32,000 nucleotides of DNA, from positions 1 to 32,000 of the forward strand of contig NZ_SODD01000016.1 in assembly GCF_004365815.1 (NCBI RefSeq). The letters run 5' to 3'. Below the pieces are notes generated by a model. The model saw only the letters and a list, made by a program, of their open reading frames with translations, was not told the DNA's origin and searched no databases. This document shows, one piece after another, positions 25,407 to 31,799 of the stretch (its first letter is position 1; each line of letters opens with the position of its first letter). This DNA comes from Breznakia blatticola. GTDB lineage: Bacteria; Bacillota_I; Bacilli_A; Erysipelotrichales; Erysipelotrichaceae. The position numbers were made by a program, and so were the translations under genes.

Positions 25407-25919
25407 GGATTTCCTAATATCCTTACAATTATTAGGCTCTCCGAAAAATACGACCAAAGGTCGTTTATATAAACAAAAGAAAGGAAATTAAAATGAACAT
25501 ATTAATTACGATCGTACTACTAAGTACATTAGCTGCAGCAAGCTACTCAATCTACAATTATATTCTTGTTCGATGCAAATTGAATAATAGACGTTCCTAA
25601 AAAAGACACGTCTTGAACTACAGAAATATTTGGGATTGCCTAATAACCCATTGCCCATTCTATCCTTGAAACACACACTACACACATAGATATGATTACT
25701 TCATACTAATTAAAGCAAAGGCGTAACAATTATTAGGCATTATTGTGAAATGCGACCATGGTCGTTTAAATAAACGAAAAAAGTAAGAATAATACATGGG
25801 ATTGCCTAATAACCCAAAATTCTTCCACCTCACAAAAACATAGACATAAATAAGACAAACACAAAATATGAGGTACTAATTATTAGGTTCTGCTTTTGCA
25901 GAAGAAAGGAAATTATCTT
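25407..25919 (+). repeat. Three tandem copies of a composite module with four parts
   Basis: The four parts are an L box containing CCTAATA, a CA-rich spacer, an R box CAATTATTAGG, and a short hairpin leading into AGAAAGGAAATT RBS. CCTAATA occurs at 25413, 25639 and 25805. TATTAGG occurs at 25430, 25731 and 25881. L2 and L3 are the identical 18-mer GGGATTGCCTAATAACCC. The hairpins are CGACCAAAGGTCG (25451), CGACCATGGTCG (25753) and CTGCTTTTGCAG (25890). Confidence 0.7.
25493..25600 (+). CDS. 35-aa hydrophobic peptide with basic tail (type I toxin-like); not in the ORF track
   Basis: MNILITIVLLSTLAAASYSIYNYILVRCKLNNRRS. AGAAAGGA SD 7 nt upstream. It sits behind module 1 of the repeat. Confidence 0.4.
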   Translation: MNILITIVLLSTLAAASYSIYNYILVRCKLNNRRS

Positions 25920-26147
25920 ATGAAAAAATTAATGGTAGGAATGGGAGAAGTAATGATGTTAGTACTAATGATCATTAATATGTCTTTAAATGAAGCATAC
26001 CTTCCACTTGCTTATTTAGGTTCATTACTAGTTCCAGTAGCGTGTTTATTAGTAAACATTCTTCGCGAACTAAGAAATACAAATGAAAAGCTAGATGCAA
26101 TTCATACTGAACAAATTACTGATAGAGTTTGCGGTGATAAAGAATGA
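25920..26147 (+). CDS. Small two-TM membrane protein with charged C-terminal tail
   Basis: 75 aa from ATG 25920 (AGAAAGGAAATT SD shared with the 25493 ORF; the track start TTG 25896 is unlikely). Hydrophobic segments GEVMMLVLMIINMSL and LAYLGSLLVPVACLLVNIL. Confidence 0.55.
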   Translation: MKKLMVGMGEVMMLVLMIINMSLNEAYLPLAYLGSLLVPVACLLVNILRELRNTNEKLDAIHTEQITDRVCGDKE

Positions 26148-27136
26148 ATTTGAGTGAAGTTGGAAAGCTTGACGAAATAATAGTGACGCATTTTTTACTA
26201 TTCATCGTTTTTCTTTATCTGTCGCTGGTGTATTACTTTGAGATGCACGAGAAAATTAAAAAAGACAAGAAAAGTAAAAAGTACTTACTTAGTAGTGGTT
26301 ACTTTTTAGCATTACGTTTGTTCAGTGGTTTGAACTTGCTATTTGGAATAGTAGGAATATTTATATCACGATTGATTTTAGATGGTCGTTTGCGTGTGGA
26401 ACCTATATATAGTTTCTTTACATTTGGAAGGAATGAAGAAATTCTATCCAATATATATATCATTCAGGCAATGTTTATGATAGTAACGCTTATTTATACT
26501 GAACATCCAAAATTGAGAAAAATGAGAACAGCAATTTTGATATTTATTATTGCCACGGTATGTACTGCAGGAGTGATATATGGGATGGAGCAAATTGTGA
26601 AAGAGAACACAGAAATAAAGTCAGCAAAAAGAACAGAAGTTCAGATAACAGTTCTTGATGAAAATGGAAACACTGACAAGGATTTGAAGGTAAATTGCTT
26701 GTTGTTATCTTGTGATGAAGTCGATGAAAAATACTTTGAAGAACTACACTTAACTTTTAATGAAGATGCAATGGAAATCGAACCCAATACAACTGGTTTC
26801 ATATTTGAAAAAGTAAATTCGGACAAAGAATATTCCAATAATCTGTACTTGAACGAATCAGTAAAAAATAATGCATATAAAGTGATTCAATTATCTGCAT
26901 ATGCTGCATTGAATGGTGAAAAGTTCAACTACACTGTAAAGAGAACGTGTAAGGATCCAGTAAATAATAAATATATTACAAAAGGTGATACTGAATGGTT
27001 GTTGATCAAAAAGAATCTCTACGAACTTTCCCAAGCGGGGACTGTTTTTGAGATTAAACATAAAACATTGACTTTAGAAGTAATGCAGCTATATGAAAGT
27101 ATCGAAAGTAACTTTGATAACTTAAAAGTAGAATAG
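26144..27136 (+). CDS. Polytopic membrane protein with C-terminal soluble domain of about 180 aa, function unknown
   Basis: 330 aa. ATGA overlap with the upstream gene. At least four hydrophobic segments in the first 150 aa. No recognisable motif. Confidence 0.65.
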   Translation: MNLSEVGKLDEIIVTHFLLFIVFLYLSLVYYFEMHEKIKKDKKSKKYLLSSGYFLALRLFSGLNLLFGIVGIFISRLILDGRLRVEPIYSFFTFGRNEEILSNIYIIQAMFMIVTLIYTEHPKLRKMRTAILIFIIATVCTAGVIYGMEQIVKENTEIKSAKRTEVQITVLDENGNTDKDLKVNCLLLSCDEVDEKYFEELHLTFNEDAMEIEPNTTGFIFEKVNSDKEYSNNLYLNESVKNNAYKVIQLSAYAALNGEKFNYTVKRTCKDPVNNKYITKGDTEWLLIKKNLYELSQAGTVFEIKHKTLTLEVMQLYESIESNFDNLKVE

Positions 27137-27165
27137 AATATGGATTAACATGGAGGAACTAAAAG

Positions 27166-27399
27166 ATGAATTTGAGTGAGTTTTTAGAGTTTATTAAAAA
27201 TGAACAGCAAATAGAAGTTTGTTGGCTAAATGAAAAAGGTGGATACTCAGGAGATCAAATTATTGGCTTATGTAAAGAAGTTAGGACAAGAATACCTAAT
27301 CATATTGCAGGAAAGAGAGTAGACGAATGTTTCCTGTTGCTTAAATGTGCATATGATGGTCACTTAATTATTGCAGAGAGAATGAGGTATAAGAAATGA
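27166..27399 (+). CDS. Hypothetical 77-aa protein
   Basis: GGAGGAA SD. Its first 14 nt (ATGAATTTGAGTGA) are identical to the start of the 26144 gene. Confidence 0.55.
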   Translation: MNLSEFLEFIKNEQQIEVCWLNEKGGYSGDQIIGLCKEVRTRIPNHIAGKRVDECFLLLKCAYDGHLIIAERMRYKK

Positions 27400-27629
27400 A
27401 TGAAAAACAAAAGCAAACGTTCGTTGATGGAGTTATTACTGCATGTGGGATTATAGCAAGAAGAAATTTGTATACATGTTCTTGTGATAGTGATATTAAA
27501 GAAATTTTGCAAGGTGCTGCATTTACTGGAGAACAGTGGAATTCATCAAATTGCAAACAGGAGAAGGAAGATATATTACTGGCAATGAATGAAGAAGAAC
27601 TTAGCGAAGTGTTAAAAACATGGGATTGA
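27396..27629 (+). CDS. Hypothetical 77-aa protein
   Basis: ATGA overlap with the upstream gene. Contains Cys residues including a CSC triplet, and an acidic C-terminus. Confidence 0.55.
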   Translation: MNEKQKQTFVDGVITACGIIARRNLYTCSCDSDIKEILQGAAFTGEQWNSSNCKQEKEDILLAMNEEELSEVLKTWD

Positions 27630-27632
27630 TAA

Positions 27633-27658
27633 ATAAAAAAAACAAGGTGGTTACCTTG
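27633..27658 (-). terminator. Intrinsic terminator oriented for the minus strand
   Basis: The minus strand reads CAAGGT-AACC-ACCTTG followed by T8. On the plus strand the hairpin is preceded by A8 and has no T-run after it. Confidence 0.45.
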
Positions 27659-27707
27659 CTCAATTGTGTTTAATGGACTTAAGACGTTTGAAAAGGAGGT
27701 GTCAGTC

Positions 27708-27914
27708 ATGTTTGAAGTAATTGCAATTATTATAATGCTTTTCATGACATTTGTGGCGCTATCACCAATATTGATATTGTTTGGAGTCTTATTTGAAAAT
27801 ATGTTTAGAGAACTTGACTCAATCGTATGCAAGACAATCTTAAGTGCTATTTTTATTCTCGTCATTATTATAGTTTGCTCATTACCTGTTATTTATTTTA
27901 TGCAAAACAAGTAA
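27708..27914 (+). CDS. Small two-TM membrane protein
   Basis: 68 aa from ATG 27708 (AAAGGAGG SD; the track start is 27666). Hydrophobic segments VIAIIIMLFMTFVALSPILILFGVLF and ILSAIFILVIIIVCSLPVIYF. Confidence 0.5.
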   Translation: MFEVIAIIIMLFMTFVALSPILILFGVLFENMFRELDSIVCKTILSAIFILVIIIVCSLPVIYFMQNK

Positions 27915-28005
27915 TGACGATTACTGCTTCTTAGTTTTGAAGCATCTATATTCACTCTCAATAAGTTTAGTAGATTTTATATATTTAGAAGGGAAAGATA
28001 ACATT

Positions 28006-28428
28006 ATGACTTTAATACAATTATTTAAACGTTTAAAGAAGGACCAGCAATCCGAGTCTCAAATTTTTGAATTAGAGAAGACAGTTACTTTTTTAGAACC
28101 AATAAACTATGAATTGTTTACTCAGAAAGACTTAAGATTTGTTCTAAGAGCTTATCTAGAGTCAAGAAACAATGGAGAACGATATAAAACCATTAAAACT
28201 AATGATTTGCTTTGTACTCTTAAATTAATGCATCTAAACAAAATAAAGAAGGAGTATATGATAGAAGACTCTAGTGGAATACGAAAAAAAAGAAGACAGA
28301 TTCTTGTTAAAGAAATTCGTCAACTTTTTGAGGAAGATGCATTTGATGCATGGTTCACAGTTATAGGAACTTTCGAATCACGGCAATCAATGAGGGAATG
28401 GCTTGACCAAGGTCAACAATCTTTGTAG
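28006..28428 (+). CDS. Hypothetical protein (140 aa)
   Basis: ATG 28006 has a GAAGGGAAAG SD; the track start is 27937. Basic, probably helical. The 3' end overlaps the convergent gene by 68 nt. Confidence 0.5.
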   Translation: MTLIQLFKRLKKDQQSESQIFELEKTVTFLEPINYELFTQKDLRFVLRAYLESRNNGERYKTIKTNDLLCTLKLMHLNKIKKEYMIEDSSGIRKKRRQILVKEIRQLFEEDAFDAWFTVIGTFESRQSMREWLDQGQQSL

Positions 28429-29047
28429 TGATATCAATAAAATCTTTCGCACTTTTCTTAGATATTTTGCTTTTATTGTTTAGCGTATCTATAACCTCTA
28501 ACAAAAACTCGCGGTCAGTATCATCTATTCCAGAATGATTTTCAACTATTGATCTTTCACTGGAGAAGTCTCCAGCTATGTTCGAATTAACTTCAACACC
28601 TTGCGAATTTTTAATAAATACACCAGTGAAGTTTCCGAAGTTATCGCCCGATGACTTAGAATTATCTTCACGATATGGTTCAAAGTAGTATAGTTTTACT
28701 CTTTTGTGATTAAAAAGTTTACCAGGGTGTAGATCAAGTGTCTGTACACTAGTTATTTCAATAGGATAGCTATATGTCTTTAAGTTAATAATCTTACCTA
28801 ATTCATACCTATCTTTCATTATTTGAAGTTTGTGCTTTTCGTAAGTACTATATTCGACTGAGAAATAATCTTTATATGGCGTATACGTTATTCCTGATTT
28901 ATAAGGTTTGAGGTTATCCAATTTTGATAGAACAATATACTTGAGGACCTGATAACCAAGATATCCAAGAACAAAAATTATAACTAGGATAATTCCTGGA
29001 ATAACTAAGTTATCGATTAATGGTTGTGTGTTACTTGAGTTGTTCAT
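28361..29047 (-). CDS. N-terminally TM-anchored protein, function unknown
   Basis: 228 aa. GGAGG SD on the minus strand (29055-29059). Single helix IPGIILVIIFVLGYLGYQVL, then a Tyr/Lys-rich domain. Divergent from an XRE gene. Confidence 0.6.
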   Translation of the reverse strand: MNNSSNTQPLIDNLVIPGIILVIIFVLGYLGYQVLKYIVLSKLDNLKPYKSGITYTPYKDYFSVEYSTYEKHKLQIMKDRYELGKIINLKTYSYPIEITSVQTLDLHPGKLFNHKRVKLYYFEPYREDNSKSSGDNFGNFTGVFIKNSQGVEVNSNIAGDFSSERSIVENHSGIDDTDREFLLEVIDTLNNKSKISKKSAKDFIDITTKIVDLGQAIPSLIAVIRKFL

Positions 29048-29129
29048 ATCTATACCTCCATAAAATACCTACAATATATCGGCGGTAACGCCTATTTGTC
29101 ATTATATCAAATATAGAAAGGAATTCAAA

Positions 29130-29357
29130 ATGTATATAAACAACAACTTTAAATACTTATTACAAAATAACAATACGAATACGTTTCGCTTATCAAAAGA
29201 AGTAAATATTGATGAATCAACTCTTAGACGAATAAGAAATGGACAAGTAAATAATCCTTCAATTGAGACAGTGGTCATGATCTGCAGCTATTTCAAAGTT
29301 TCATTGGATGATTTCGTCCATATGGATTTAAGTCAGGACAAACATCGTCAACAGTGA
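29130..29357 (+). CDS. XRE/Cro-like HTH protein
   Basis: 75 aa. HTH: FRLSKEVNIDESTLRRIRNGQVNNPSIETVVMICSYFKVSLDDF. Confidence 0.75.
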   Translation: MYINNNFKYLLQNNNTNTFRLSKEVNIDESTLRRIRNGQVNNPSIETVVMICSYFKVSLDDFVHMDLSQDKHRQQ

Positions 29358-29605
29358 TTAGTAATATGCTGTGAGTCAAATCGGGAATTAAAAAGAAGGG
29401 GAGACACCCAGTCGATTGTATTGAGAGCCTCTGACAGATCAACAAAGATATAACACATCATGCAGGAGTCGATACATGGACAGATTATGACGTTTAGGAA
29501 TATTACTTATGATAAATAATTTTTCATTTTTCAAGGGGAAAAAAGCACTACGTGTAACGGCGGTGCGTATTTATACGGCATGTGCCGTAGAAGGGATGTT
29601 AATTA

Positions 29606-30784
29606 ATGAATACATTGAATTATAGTTACTTATTGGAATCAGCATTAACAAACAAGAAATACTCACAATTGGATTTATTTAAATCGTTAGATGTGATTAG
29701 TGATGGAAAAAAATCTAATGTTTATTTGAGATGTGAACCTATACATGAGGAGTCATTTGATGGATATTTTGAAGATAAGACAGAAAATTCATTCTTTATA
29801 TACAAGTTTAATGGTGGATTACTCACTTTTAAGAACCAATATAAAGAGTTTATTGATAACTATAAACAAAAGAATAAGAAAGCAGTTTATGCAACACAAC
29901 TGAAAATGCTTTATCCAAGATCGATGAAAACTGTGAAAGAACGAAAGCAATTCATCTATGAATTCATGCACAATATAGTGAATTCAAATACAAAGGAAAT
30001 TAATGATAAAGGGAAGTTAGTTAATAAAACTACACATGTGCCATATGTTGTAGAAAATATTGAAAATGAATATGCGCAAACAACATACGCTTTGATAACA
30101 GTGATAGATCGAGTGTATTTAGGTAATTATAAGCATAAACGATATCGACAAACACAATACATTGATAGTCGAACAAAGAAGTTTGCTAAGGATACTTGCC
30201 CAGAAGAATATAAAGAGCTTTCGTATAAAGCCGGAGACTTCATGTTAGACAAAAAAGGTAGAAAGATAAAGAATGATGTGTTATTTGGAAAGCGTGAAAG
30301 ATTCTTTGCTTACCCCAAAAATGGATGGCTTAATTTCATCAATCGATTAAAGCGATGTGTAATAGCTGCATTCTGGAAACTTCGTAGTAACGGTTTTACT
30401 GAAGGTAAAGTATTACGTAAAAGTCAAAACTTGCGTCATTATCCAAAAGTCATAAGAAGAAGAATCGGTGCAATAAATCATGCAAAAATAATAGTTCAAT
30501 ACACAATTAACTATTTGTTGAAGTGGGAATACGAAATGAACTTGGTTAGAAAGGATAAAGACTGGAAGTTGGAGAAATTGAATAGTACAGTTGCCTACCA
30601 GCAATTAGAAAAGATATTTGAACATTATAAAGCTAGATTTAAAAATCAATACTTCCATGATAAAGACGGAAAGAAAAGGTATATTCAGTATTACAAACAA
30701 CGAGTAAATGACTTAGAGAACAATATTGAGATCCTGATCAGAATGTTCTTTGAAGAAATTGAGAATGTGCAACTTACGTTATAA
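29606..30784 (+). CDS. Large basic ORFan (392 aa), function unknown
   Basis: GAAGGGA SD. Lys/Arg/Tyr-rich. I see no HUH, YxDD, Walker or CxxC motifs. Preceded by about 250 nt of non-coding sequence. Confidence 0.65.
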   Translation: MNTLNYSYLLESALTNKKYSQLDLFKSLDVISDGKKSNVYLRCEPIHEESFDGYFEDKTENSFFIYKFNGGLLTFKNQYKEFIDNYKQKNKKAVYATQLKMLYPRSMKTVKERKQFIYEFMHNIVNSNTKEINDKGKLVNKTTHVPYVVENIENEYAQTTYALITVIDRVYLGNYKHKRYRQTQYIDSRTKKFAKDTCPEEYKELSYKAGDFMLDKKGRKIKNDVLFGKRERFFAYPKNGWLNFINRLKRCVIAAFWKLRSNGFTEGKVLRKSQNLRHYPKVIRRRIGAINHAKIIVQYTINYLLKWEYEMNLVRKDKDWKLEKLNSTVAYQQLEKIFEHYKARFKNQYFHDKDGKKRYIQYYKQRVNDLENNIEILIRMFFEEIENVQLTL

Positions 30785-30796
30785 AGGAGAAAAGTT

Positions 30797-31228
30797 ATGG
30801 ATTTATTTCAAGAGATTAATACGTTTACGATCACTATATTAATTGTAGCTGTTATATGTATTGGAGTTATTATTTTTGCTAATTCTGTAAAGGTAAAGTC
30901 ATATATGAACAACAAAAAAAGCATACTGCATGAAATTAATCGAATTATCTCAAATCATGAGGTTGTTGAAGCGCATGTAGGGATTGAAGAGATAACCAAA
31001 GTAAGTAAAAGAAGAGTTATAAGGAAACGCAATTTGTATGTTACTTTCAAAAACTCCCAGACGCAGCAGGTATTTAAAAAGATTTTTTCATTAAATGGAA
31101 TAAAAGTTAATTATATTGACGGTCTTGGTCGCTTTTTAGATGTTGATATCGAGAATGAAGTTATTGTATTACATGCAAAAGCAATTGCAACTCATGATCG
31201 TATTGTGGATAGACGAATTCACAGATAA
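30797..31228 (+). CDS. N-terminally TM-anchored hypothetical protein
   Basis: 143 aa. AAAGGAGAAAAG SD. Helix FTITILIVAVICIGVIIFA. Confidence 0.6.
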   Translation: MDLFQEINTFTITILIVAVICIGVIIFANSVKVKSYMNNKKSILHEINRIISNHEVVEAHVGIEEITKVSKRRVIRKRNLYVTFKNSQTQQVFKKIFSLNGIKVNYIDGLGRFLDVDIENEVIVLHAKAIATHDRIVDRRIHR

Positions 31229-31236
31229 GAAAGGGT

Positions 31237-31665
31237 GTGTTTATATGCCAAAGTCATAAAGCATCAAGAACAATAATTCATCTTGGTGATCACGATCCTT
31301 CAGGAATTGATATGACGAGAGATATCCAGGAGCGTCTTAACCTATTCGAAGCAGATGTAAATGTAAAACGAGTAGCTTTAACGAAAAGACAAATCACTAA
31401 ATATGGGCCACCACCAAACCCTGCTAAACTTACGGATTCACGCGTTGATAAATACATCGATAAATATGGAACTAGTAGTTGGGAACTTGATGCATTAGAA
31501 CCACAGGTGATTGAAGACATTATTAAACAAGAAGTAAACAAGCTTGTAGATAAGTCTCTTCTTAAAGAGGTCGAAATGAAAGAAAACAACGACAAAGAGA
31601 TCTTATTGAAGATTGAAAACAATTATGATCAAGTAAAACATTTTATAGAGAGTGAACAATTATGA
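31237..31665 (+). CDS. Toprim-like (DxDxxG motif) protein; start uncertain, possibly frameshifted
   Basis: IIHLGDHDPSGIDM lies about 17 aa from the GTG start of the track. WELDAL lies about 75 aa downstream of that motif. The only good SD (GAAAGGG) serves ATG 31245, which is +1 out of frame and gives MPKS*. Confidence 0.45.
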   Translation: MFICQSHKASRTIIHLGDHDPSGIDMTRDIQERLNLFEADVNVKRVALTKRQITKYGPPPNPAKLTDSRVDKYIDKYGTSSWELDALEPQVIEDIIKQEVNKLVDKSLLKEVEMKENNDKEILLKIENNYDQVKHFIESEQL

Positions 31666-31784
31666 AAAAACGTATAACAAAGATGAATAAGCAAAAGATT
31701 GTTGTGATTGTAAAATCGGTCTTGGTCATTTTATTGATTCTTGGGTATCTGCTAGTCAAGTACCTGGAAGAGAGACCATTTTAG
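31662..31784 (+). CDS. Small membrane peptide (40 aa); not in the ORF track
   Basis: ATGA overlap with the upstream stop. MKKRITKMNKQKIVVIVKSVLVILLILGYLLVKYLEERPF. Confidence 0.35.
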   Translation: MKKRITKMNKQKIVVIVKSVLVILLILGYLLVKYLEERPF

Positions 31785-31799
31785 AGAGGGGGAATAGAA

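Noticed and set aside
27368-27865. 165-aa minus-strand ORF
   Set aside because: It is antisense to three plus-strand genes that have good SDs and ATGA coupling. It is Ser/Ile-rich and low in complexity, and it runs straight through the 27633-27658 terminator hairpin.
29606-30784. Calling the 392-aa ORF a replication initiator, reverse transcriptase or TnpB/IscB-like nuclease
   Set aside because: I found no HUH plus Tyr motifs, no YxDD, and no RuvC, HNH or zinc-finger signatures. An ACTACG match to pMV158-type nick sites at 29546-29551 is too short to be meaningful.
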